Source: an uncultured virus (IMG/VR IMGVR_UViG_3300032116_013561) (Duplodnaviria; Heunggongvirae; Uroviricota; Caudoviricetes). Taken from it: a stretch of 64,000 nt of DNA. A program made the position numbers and the translations under genes. This document shows, piece by piece, positions 56,052 to 63,480 of this stretch. The DNA lies in the IMG/VR virus record IMGVR_UViG_3300032116_013561; one strand, written 5' to 3'. Every line of letters begins with the position of its first letter. The stretch's first letter is position 1. The notes under the pieces were generated by a model that saw nothing but the letters and a program-made list of their open reading frames with translations, did no database searches and had not been told where the DNA came from.

Positions 56052-56294
56052 TTAGTTTATTATATCATCCAATCTTATATTATGTTCTTCCATTATATCC
56101 CAAAACTGCTCATATACCGCATCTAACAAATCTTCTTTAGATTCGTATTTGTCCAATTTCCATTCAAATCCTTTTTTAGTATTATGTGCAAATTGAAATA
56201 ATGCAATAGCCATATCAGTTGCTTTAACTGCACGTTTATGTGCCAATATATCATCTGGTTCATTAAGGTCAAACTCTAGTATTCCTTTTGCCAT
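56052..56294 (-). CDS. Hypothetical protein
   Basis: MAKGILEFDLNEPDD...; co-directional. Confidence 0.6.
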   Translation of the reverse strand: MAKGILEFDLNEPDDILAHKRAVKATDMAIALFQFAHNTKKGFEWKLDKYESKEDLLDAVYEQFWDIMEEHNIRLDDIIN

Positions 56295-56583
56295 CTTCTT
56301 TTGTTTTGAAAAATATAAATAATTTAGATTCTAAGTTATCCATTTGAGTCATTGCTATCCATTTACCTAATACACTACCTCCAATATAAAATGGTAGTAC
56401 CCACATATCTCCTTTTAACAAACTATCCAATGAAAAATAAACTGAAGCAAGTGATACCAAATTAATCCAAACTGAATTAATAAGTAACCTATTTAGTTGA
56501 TTCTCATAAGTAAATTTAATCTCCAATACCTTAAAGATATTGAACATTATTTGAAAGGTTAATATTGCTATGTAATTCATCAT
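56269..56583 (-). CDS. Small three-TM membrane protein
   Basis: Three hydrophobic segments including FYIGGSVLGKWIAM. Confidence 0.6.
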   Translation of the reverse strand: MMNYIAILTFQIMFNIFKVLEIKFTYENQLNRLLINSVWINLVSLASVYFSLDSLLKGDMWVLPFYIGGSVLGKWIAMTQMDNLESKLFIFFKTKEDGKRNTRV

Positions 56584-57455
56584 TTAATAAAAGGTAATAT
56601 TGCTAATTCTTTTGCTTTTGCCTCAACCATAATATCAATATCTAATCCGTATGTTTCGGGTAATTGTTTTATGTAATCAGCGTGAGCCTGTGGTTTTGTT
56701 CCTTCTTTTGGTTCTGAGTAATGAACTTCTTGCGTAATTCCATCAGGCCAAGTTGTTGCGGCTAATTTAAGTGCTTCTTCTTCGGTTAATCCGCCTGTAC
56801 AAAATGTGTGATGGTGATAATCAAACACAATTGGAATTTTAATCTTATTATGAATATACATCAAATCTAATACGGAATACATTGTAGCCTTGTCATCATT
56901 CTCAACCGTCAATCGGCTACGAACTGATTTAGATAAACGTTTGAAGTTGTTACAAAATCTATCCATTGCTGATTTCTTATCTCCGTAAACTCCGTTACAA
57001 TGAATATTAATATTATTGAATGGTGTTTTAGATAATCCCATCATATCAAATATCTTACCATGCAATTCCAAATCTGCTATTGCGTTCTTAACAACTTCTT
57101 CATTTGGTGAAGTTAATACAACGAATGGACCAGGATGCGAATTAATACGCATGTTATGGAACTTAGCAAAATCACCTGCTTTCTTTAACTCACTCTTAAT
57201 CTCTTTGTAATCTTTTAGTTGGGTTAAATCAATATGGTCACCCCAAGGTACGATAGCGGAAGATAATCTGAATAGTTTAATCCCATTCATTCTATTCCAC
57301 TCTAATATTTTGATTATATCTTTTGCATTTGCTAATGCTAATTCAGATACATAATCCAATCCTTTAGTTTGAAAAGTCCTCTTAACCATAGCTCGGTTAG
57401 TAGTAACTTTTTTACCCATACTCATATTGATACAAGCATATCCTAAATTCATCAT
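56580..57455 (-). CDS. uvsE: UV damage endonuclease
   Basis: LGYACIN, LFRLSS, SHPGPFVVLTSP, NIHCNGVYGDK, RLTVENDD, IVFDYHHH, VHYSE, AHADY, DIMVEAKAKELA. Start refined to lie downstream of the promoter. Confidence 0.95.
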   Translation of the reverse strand: MMNLGYACINMSMGKKVTTNRAMVKRTFQTKGLDYVSELALANAKDIIKILEWNRMNGIKLFRLSSAIVPWGDHIDLTQLKDYKEIKSELKKAGDFAKFHNMRINSHPGPFVVLTSPNEEVVKNAIADLELHGKIFDMMGLSKTPFNNINIHCNGVYGDKKSAMDRFCNNFKRLSKSVRSRLTVENDDKATMYSVLDLMYIHNKIKIPIVFDYHHHTFCTGGLTEEEALKLAATTWPDGITQEVHYSEPKEGTKPQAHADYIKQLPETYGLDIDIMVEAKAKELAILPFIK

Positions 57456-57477
57456 TTTAGTATTATTTGTTGTAATA

Positions 57478-57509
57478 CAAATATACAAAAAATGTTTGGA
57501 TTTACCAAA
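57478..57509 (-). promoter_or_regulatory. Bacteroidota housekeeping-sigma-type promoter for the uvsE-thyA unit
   Basis: Minus strand TTTG-N20-TATATTTG. Confidence 0.8.
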
Positions 57510-57511
57510 TA

Positions 57512-58855
57512 TTAATATGATTTACTTGAAAAATCGGTTGGATATTGTGAAGGTTTGATATGTTTTATCCAATAATTAACCGCATTTTGGTCATTTATCC
57601 AACTCTTACGGTCATTCCAATCAAAAGTTGCTCTAGCATAATAAGGTAGTGCATTTCGTATTTCCATTGCTCTATTAGGATGTGCAGTTACTTCATTTAT
57701 TATACCATCTCCATCTGTATCAATTCCATCAACAGATCCATCCCCATCAATATCAATATATCTTGGAGAATAATCAGGTTCAAGTTTTAACAAATCAGCA
57801 TCAGTTATTTCTTCACTAATTATCTCATTCGTTTCCACATTTGTTGTAGTGGAATTAATTTCGTTTTTTTTTACTTCTTCGTTGTATTGAGAAGCCGCTT
57901 CTTTTAATTCTTCGTTTGGAGCCGGTGGATTTTCTATATTATCAAAAAATGTTTTTTTATCATTTTCTGATAATTCCATTGGTTCATCATACAATCCCAA
58001 TTCTTGGTCATTCTTCATCATCTCAACTAAAGCTTCTTTTTGCTTTTCTTTATCACCATATACTTCATAATCTTTACTCTCAATTTTTTCCATTATCTTT
58101 TCTTCTCTACGTTTCATAATCAAACCATTAAACGCAATAATCAATGCTACTGCCAATGGGTCAAATACTAATACGATAATAAGGATAAAGAATTTAACAA
58201 CATCATTAAGTGGAACACCAAACGCATCTGCTACGAAACGGAATCCACCAACTTCTCTTTCTAATTCAATATTATTATTTTTAATTGAATTTATTGAATC
58301 TAAAGAAACATTATTTTGTTTTGTTAGTTCATCAATACGTTTGGATATAGAACTAATCTCTTTATCAGCATTACGAATCATTTGTGATACTCTTGCTGTT
58401 GATTTATCTTTATCAATTTGTTTAGATAAATTTGCCTCTTGTGAGTTACGAATGTTTTGTTGATTGTTTAATTGATTAGTATATCTTTCAATTTCCTTAT
58501 CGTTCTTTTCAATTTGAGTTTGATATACTGCAATATCTCTTTCCACTTTTTGTAAGGAAAGATTTTGTTGTTGGAAGGCATTAGAAAGGTAACCAAAGAT
58601 ACCAGCCGATGTAATAAGCATTAAAGTTGCTACTGCTATCGTTAGATACCATTTATTAAATCCTTTAAGTGTATCCCATTCTTGCTTTAGATAAGTTGCG
58701 GCAACTAATTTTGCAGCCTCTAAAGAACCTGCCATTACCATTACTGATATAGATGCTCCTGCAAATAGAACACCCAATCCCGTTACGGAGAAGTAAGCTG
58801 CACAACCAGCAACAATAACTGCTGATAATCCAACCAATATTTTTAACCAATTCAT
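57512..58855 (-). CDS. Multi-TM coiled-coil membrane protein with DxDGDG loops
   Basis: AAYFSVTGL, LEAAKLVAATYL, LMLITSAGIFGYLS, long coiled coil, IVLVFDPLAVALIIA, DIDGDGSVDGIDTDGDG. Confidence 0.7.
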   Translation of the reverse strand: MNWLKILVGLSAVIVAGCAAYFSVTGLGVLFAGASISVMVMAGSLEAAKLVAATYLKQEWDTLKGFNKWYLTIAVATLMLITSAGIFGYLSNAFQQQNLSLQKVERDIAVYQTQIEKNDKEIERYTNQLNNQQNIRNSQEANLSKQIDKDKSTARVSQMIRNADKEISSISKRIDELTKQNNVSLDSINSIKNNNIELEREVGGFRFVADAFGVPLNDVVKFFILIIVLVFDPLAVALIIAFNGLIMKRREEKIMEKIESKDYEVYGDKEKQKEALVEMMKNDQELGLYDEPMELSENDKKTFFDNIENPPAPNEELKEAASQYNEEVKKNEINSTTTNVETNEIISEEITDADLLKLEPDYSPRYIDIDGDGSVDGIDTDGDGIINEVTAHPNRAMEIRNALPYYARATFDWNDRKSWINDQNAVNYWIKHIKPSQYPTDFSSKSY

Positions 58856-58859
58856 TTTC

Positions 58860-59039
58860 TTATGATAAGTCTACTATATTTTGTGTCAACTCAACTAATC
58901 TTTCAATTTCTACTGTTAATTTTGTAGCCTCAGCAGGATTAGCTGGTCTTTCGCCTTTTAACATTTCAGAAATAACTTTTGCTCTCTTAGCAATTGCTTC
59001 TAAGTTTTCTTGAGCTCTCATTTTGTATTCAGGTTTCAT
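58860..59039 (-). CDS. Hypothetical protein (59 aa, missing from ORF track)
   Basis: MKPEYKMRAQENLEAIAKRAKVISEMLKGERPANPAEATKLTVEIERLVELTQNIVDLS; ATATTTAT motif at 59061-59068. Confidence 0.7.
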   Translation of the reverse strand: MKPEYKMRAQENLEAIAKRAKVISEMLKGERPANPAEATKLTVEIERLVELTQNIVDLS

Positions 59040-59079
59040 AAAACTATTATTTGTTTCTATATAAATATTGATTAAAAAT

Positions 59080-59109
59080 AAAAAGGGTGGATTTTGATAC
59101 CCACCCTTT
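59080..59109 (-). terminator. Intrinsic terminator after Hsp20
   Basis: AAAGGGTGG / CCACCCTTT stem with a T run on the minus strand. Confidence 0.75.
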
Positions 59110-59125
59110 CGTTATTTTGATAGGA

Positions 59126-59605
59126 TTAACCTATTGAAATTGTTCTTTTCTTAGGTTGTTCCTTTTCTCTTTTTGGTACTGTTAGTTCTAACACACCATC
59201 TTCGAACTTAGCTTTTAGCTTATCCAAATTGAAGATTTTTGTATCGGCTGTGAATGTTCTTTGGAATGAAGAACGTTTCACTTCTCTACGAAGGTATGTA
59301 CCACCTTCTTTTTCTTCAACTTTGGTATTTTTTTCACCCTTCAATGTAATGATTGAATCTTCTACATCAATGGTTATTTGGTCTTTACTTAGACCAGGAA
59401 TTTCCGCAATAATCTCAATACGGTCAGCGAAATCAACAATATCACATTTTGGATATGCCGAAGCTGCGAAAGGTGTGATACCTACTTCTTTTGATAATTC
59501 AGGAAAATTTTCAGAAAATACTCTATCTAAAAGAGTATCGAATGGCGAGAAAAACTCGTCCCTGTTAAATGGGGTAGGGAATCCCCTTTGAATTTGATTT
59601 TTCAT
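59126..59605 (-). CDS. hsp20: Small heat-shock protein (Hsp20/alpha-crystallin)
   Basis: YPKCDI...AEIPGLSKDQITI...LKGEK...YLRRE...SFQRTF...AKFEDGVLELTVPK. Confidence 0.95.
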   Translation of the reverse strand: MKNQIQRGFPTPFNRDEFFSPFDTLLDRVFSENFPELSKEVGITPFAASAYPKCDIVDFADRIEIIAEIPGLSKDQITIDVEDSIITLKGEKNTKVEEKEGGTYLRREVKRSSFQRTFTADTKIFNLDKLKAKFEDGVLELTVPKREKEQPKKRTISIG

Positions 59606-59683
59606 TTTTTTACCTTTTTTAAGCGTTAAATCTAAATCCTCTTTTGAGCGATTTAGGGTTTGATATACCGGCCGGGTACTATC
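59606..59683 (-). promoter_or_regulatory. Structured 5' UTR of Hsp20, candidate ROSE-like RNA thermometer
   Basis: Three consecutive hairpins; the middle one is CUAAAUCGCUC-AAAA-GAGGAUUUAG (UCGCU opposite AGGA). Confidence 0.55.
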
Positions 59684-59704
59684 GTTATATAAATATAGCG
59701 TAAA

Positions 59705-60370
59705 TTAAAATTTCACGCCATTTCTATATTCACTATTTTCAATTCGGCAACTCATATGGTCTGCCCAATGTAATAAGTAAGGTAATTCAGTCTTTAACTG
59801 AAAGTTCTCATCGTATGATACAAAATACTTTTTGTTTGATTCATTATATAATCCATCTGCTAACATAATACCTAACATTTCTTTTTGAGTAAAAGATATA
59901 CCATAATGTTGCAATGTCCACAATGCTCTATGTGTTACATCCATATAATGAATATCAGGGTTTTGTTTGAATAAAGAACCTTGATTTTTACGATGCCAAT
60001 CGCTCTCCTGCTCAACATAATAAGGTTTACCCAAATCACCCAACTTACCTAAGTCGTGATGTAATGCTGCAAACAATAATTCTTCTACTTCAAAATCAAT
60101 GATACCACCATTCTCTTTGTATTGCTTCATCATTCCAATTGAATTCTTACATACATTCATAACATGGTCAATGTAACCACCAGTGTATGCTGAATGGAAA
60201 TGCGCTTTACCACTTGCAGGTGCCATCAACAACTCCATTCCTAATTGGTCTTCGGAGTACATATACAATAATTTCTCTAATCTCTCAGGTTGATTAGCGA
60301 ATGCTTTCTTTACGAAGGATATGAACTTATCGTAATTTTCCTTCAATTGTTTTTCAGTATAATTTCTCAT
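59705..60370 (-). CDS. HD-domain phosphohydrolase
   Basis: APAS...FHSAYTGGYIDHVMNV...ALHHDLGKLG...LHWADH. Confidence 0.85.
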   Translation of the reverse strand: MRNYTEKQLKENYDKFISFVKKAFANQPERLEKLLYMYSEDQLGMELLMAPASGKAHFHSAYTGGYIDHVMNVCKNSIGMMKQYKENGGIIDFEVEELLFAALHHDLGKLGDLGKPYYVEQESDWHRKNQGSLFKQNPDIHYMDVTHRALWTLQHYGISFTQKEMLGIMLADGLYNESNKKYFVSYDENFQLKTELPYLLHWADHMSCRIENSEYRNGVKF

Positions 60371-60375
60371 AATTA

Positions 60376-60407
60376 CAAATATACAAATTTATTCTTGATT
60401 TTCCAAA
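60376..60407 (-). promoter_or_regulatory. Bacteroidota housekeeping-sigma-type promoter for the HD gene
   Basis: Minus strand TTTG-N20-TATATTTG ending 5 nt before the ATG. Confidence 0.75.
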
Positions 60408-60754
60408 TTTTCTTCAATATCCTCACCGCATAGGGCTGAATATAATACATCCAATTCTTCTTCACTACTACAAAATCCCAATCCATCCATATCACCAATC
60501 TCTATAAAAAATTGACCTTGCTTTATACCAATCTCTTTTAGGAGTAATTGCTCATCAGTTGAGTTTGATACCAACATAGGTGCGAATTCATCATCTCTAT
60601 ATTTTGGAATCGGAAGTGTATAATAGTAATGTCCACTTTGTTCGTTTCCATCTTCATCCATACCATCATCTGCATTTACTTTTCTCCAACCTTGTCTTTC
60701 AAAGGTTTTTTCAGTTATAGGAGTCATAGGTAATTTAACTTCTTTCTTTCTCAT
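60389..60754 (-). CDS. Hypothetical acidic protein
   Basis: TAATG-coupled co-directional ORF. Confidence 0.6.
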   Translation of the reverse strand: MRKKEVKLPMTPITEKTFERQGWRKVNADDGMDEDGNEQSGHYYYTLPIPKYRDDEFAPMLVSNSTDEQLLLKEIGIKQGQFFIEIGDMDGLGFCSSEEELDVLYSALCGEDIEENLENQE

Positions 60755-61302
60755 TATTCAATGACTATTTTTGTAAATAAAGTTTTATTTGAATTCCAAT
60801 TGTATGCCTTAACAACCATAGTATCACCAATCATTTCTCTTATAGGAGATATTATAGTATTAATTTCACCATTAGTACCACTGTAGCTTGATTTATTTAT
60901 TGTTGGTACTAACTCATCTTTACTAGCAATCATTGGTGGTAATTGTACTATTGTATATTGGCCTGTAAAATAATTTACATAAGCTTGTGTAATAGTTGCC
61001 GTAGTATCACCACGCCTCAACCACCAATACATATTACTTTCCCAAGCTACTAATTCAGCCGGTATTGGCTCTCTACCATTCACTTTTATTCTACCAACAA
61101 CTCTATGTGATTGCGGAGTACCATTTACAACAATTTTAAGATGATACAATCCATTGGTATCTTTTGGTAAGGAACGTAATCCATCTCTTGTTAGTACCGA
61201 ATCAATTGTGAATGTGTACTCTTTAATTGGCTCATAGTAATCTCTTTTCTCACAAGATACTAATACAAATAATAAAGCGATAGGGGTTAATAACTTTTTC
61301 AT
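60754..61302 (-). CDS. Lipoprotein of unknown function
   Basis: MKKLLTPIALLFVLVS|CEKRD lipobox. Confidence 0.7.
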   Translation of the reverse strand: MKKLLTPIALLFVLVSCEKRDYYEPIKEYTFTIDSVLTRDGLRSLPKDTNGLYHLKIVVNGTPQSHRVVGRIKVNGREPIPAELVAWESNMYWWLRRGDTTATITQAYVNYFTGQYTIVQLPPMIASKDELVPTINKSSYSGTNGEINTIISPIREMIGDTMVVKAYNWNSNKTLFTKIVIE

Positions 61303-61784
61303 TATAGGAGTTTTTTAAGTATAGAATCCCAAGTTGGGTATTCGTTAAATTCTTTTGTTTCGTAAGACCATCCGAATCTTAATAGTTCACCTTTGAATTC
61401 ACCAGCACCATTTGCGGTTCTATCATCAATAAGATAATCACCAATTAATAATCCTTTAAGGTGAGTGATTGCCATTTTCTTATGGAACAATCTACCAAAG
61501 TGTTCTTCAATCCAAAATCTTTTATCCATAGCCGCCATCGGATTACCCCAAGGTGCTGCGGTAGCGATATACAAATTATACTTTCCACTTTCTGCTAATT
61601 TCTTAATTGCTTCAACAGCTCCTTCAATTGGTTTAGGGTTTCTGAAAATACCCGGTATGTGGTCATACCTTCCTTTATAAGCTGTTTTTAGAAATTCATT
61701 CTTTGATATAGTTTCTTCAACGTGCCCATTGAAATCAACAAGCACACCATCCATATCAATCCATACTATTTTTTTATCATTCAT
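61302..61784 (-). CDS. 5'(3')-deoxyribonucleotidase (HAD family)
   Basis: IDMDGVLVDF, PIEGAVEA, IATAAPW, DKRFWIEEHFG, GDYLIDDR. Confidence 0.9.
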   Translation of the reverse strand: MNDKKIVWIDMDGVLVDFNGHVEETISKNEFLKTAYKGRYDHIPGIFRNPKPIEGAVEAIKKLAESGKYNLYIATAAPWGNPMAAMDKRFWIEEHFGRLFHKKMAITHLKGLLIGDYLIDDRTANGAGEFKGELLRFGWSYETKEFNEYPTWDSILKKLL

Positions 61785-61786
61785 AA

Positions 61787-62116
61787 TTAATGTGTTGAAT
61801 TAAGTTCGTAATTATATTCTTTAAGATATTCAACTTCTTTTTGGTGAGCTAGAGCTTTACCTCTAACAACTTCAACAATATAAAGTTCGTAAACATCTTT
61901 GTTAAATTTTTTCATATCTCTATAAAGAGCCCAATCTTTATCTTCCATTTTAGCTCTTGAACAATGTTTGTTAAAACGATTAACAACTGAATAATTTGTT
62001 CTTCTACCAATACAGGCCGTAATACCCAAATAACTTTTACCATTGAAGGTATTGAAAATTTCGTAAATAATGTGGTTACGGTCAGACCTTTTCTTTCTAT
62101 TAAGCATATCTATCAC
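61787..62116 (-). CDS. GIY-YIG-like protein
   Basis: HIIYEIFNTFNGKSYLGIT...RFNKH...AHQKEVEYL...LN. Confidence 0.65.
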   Translation of the reverse strand: MIDMLNRKKRSDRNHIIYEIFNTFNGKSYLGITACIGRRTNYSVVNRFNKHCSRAKMEDKDWALYRDMKKFNKDVYELYIVEVVRGKALAHQKEVEYLKEYNYELNSTH

Positions 62117-62129
62117 TTTTATTACATAA

Positions 62130-62161
62130 TAAAGATACGAAAAATATCTGATATTACCAAA
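62130..62161 (-). promoter_or_regulatory. Bacteroidota housekeeping-sigma-type promoter
   Basis: Minus strand TTTG-N20-TATCTTTA. Confidence 0.65.
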
Positions 62162-62162
62162 T

Positions 62163-62237
62163 AAAAAAAGGGGTATAACCTATTGAAAATCAACAAGTTA
62201 TACCCTTTTTATAAGTAATTGAAAATCAATGAGTTAT
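62163..62237. repeat. Terminator-like stem built from two 27-nt imperfect palindromes
   Basis: ATAACCTATTGAAAATCAACAAGTTAT (62175-62201) and ATAAGTAATTGAAAATCAATGAGTTAT (62211-62237); the first is closed by GGGT/ACCC and A/T runs. Confidence 0.7.
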
Positions 62238-63074
62238 AAATCCTTCATTTTCAATCGTTTCTTCTTCATCTGGAAAGGGCTTAAAGTTAAAGTCCAATTC
62301 ATAGGGGTTATTTTCACCTAATAAAATTTGTTCTTCTAATTCATATCTTTCAAGCACTCTTTTAACAATACCAGAACGAATACAATCATCCTTAGTAAAT
62401 TCTATTTGATAAACACCTTTTAGTTTACCCAATCGTTTCCATACATCAAAGAATCCACTTTTTGTATAAGCTGGTGAGCCGTTAGTTCGGTACTTATCAC
62501 ATTGAGAAAGGTCACCTTCTATGATTAATTTAGTATCATCTGAAATACGAGTGATTAAAGTTTTTAATTGATGTGGTGATGCGTTTTGTGCTTCATCTAA
62601 AATTACATAACTCTTTTCAAAGTTTATACCTCTAAGGAAGTTTAATACTCTGAATTCAATTTTACCTTGTTCTATTAACTTTTTAGTTTCAACCGGTCCT
62701 ATAATTTTGTGCATTATAAAAAGAGATGATTCATTATGTACGGCAATCTTCTCCATCAAATCGCCAGGCAAATGTCCTAACTTATCTTCGTTACCAACAT
62801 CAACGGTTGGATTTATGATTATTAATTTTTCAATATGTGATAAACGATGTAATAATAACTCTAAACCTTTTTGAATTGATATGTATGTTTTTCCTGCTCC
62901 TGCTAAAGCATGTCCCATTATGATATTATGATTGGGGTGCTCAATTGCTTTGTAAAATCTTTTTTGATTAAATGTTTTGAATTTTATTTTCTTTATAACT
63001 TTTGGATAAGATAACTTATACTCTTTAACTACAACTTTTTCTACTTCTTCTTCGGAAACTCTTTTCTTAGCCAT
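62226..63074 (-). CDS. phoH: PhoH-like ATPase
   Basis: ALAGAGKT, LGHLPGDLMEK, FLRGINF, ILDEAQN, LITRI, GDLSQCD, DCIRSGIVK. Confidence 0.93.
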   Translation of the reverse strand: MAKKRVSEEEVEKVVVKEYKLSYPKVIKKIKFKTFNQKRFYKAIEHPNHNIIMGHALAGAGKTYISIQKGLELLLHRLSHIEKLIIINPTVDVGNEDKLGHLPGDLMEKIAVHNESSLFIMHKIIGPVETKKLIEQGKIEFRVLNFLRGINFEKSYVILDEAQNASPHQLKTLITRISDDTKLIIEGDLSQCDKYRTNGSPAYTKSGFFDVWKRLGKLKGVYQIEFTKDDCIRSGIVKRVLERYELEEQILLGENNPYELDFNFKPFPDEEETIENEGFITH

Positions 63075-63087
63075 ACCAATTGATTTT

Positions 63088-63438
63088 TTAGGTTTTTACT
63101 ATCATAACTTTTGCTTTCGGTTTCCCTCTGGCCGCTTTTAATTTGAAGATTTTTATTTGATTATGTATATCTCTACACATTTCATATTTTTCTAATTTAA
63201 TACAAAGATTAAGAAGCATTTCTAAAGCGGACATATAATCCTTCTGATATATCTTAGAAACTATATCAGATTCTTTGAAACGAAATAAAATAATGTGAGA
63301 TTTTTTAGATTTAATTGCTGATGTTAATCGCTGAAATGTTTGGTGAAGAATCTCATCCCCATAATCGCTGAGATACTTATTAATAGCAGTGTTGGAACTA
63401 TTAAGGTACTTCTGCCATGCAACATTTGGATTAACCAT
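63088..63438 (-). CDS. Hypothetical protein
   Basis: ATATTTAT motif at 63458-63465; LEKYEMC helical motif. Confidence 0.6.
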   Translation of the reverse strand: MVNPNVAWQKYLNSSNTAINKYLSDYGDEILHQTFQRLTSAIKSKKSHIILFRFKESDIVSKIYQKDYMSALEMLLNLCIKLEKYEMCRDIHNQIKIFKLKAARGKPKAKVMIVKT

Positions 63439-63480
63439 AGGCTACCTTTTATTACATATAAATATAACAAAACTTATCTA

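Noticed and set aside
11613..57488. Longest-ORF starts at 11648, 33565, 45934, 51334 and 57488
   Set aside because: They overlap upstream genes or promoters; downstream ATGs at 11612, 33478, 45904, 51316 and 57455 give proper coupling, leaders or signal peptides.
62175..62237. Mini CRISPR array
   Set aside because: Only two imperfect copies with a 9-nt gap and no cas genes in the window.
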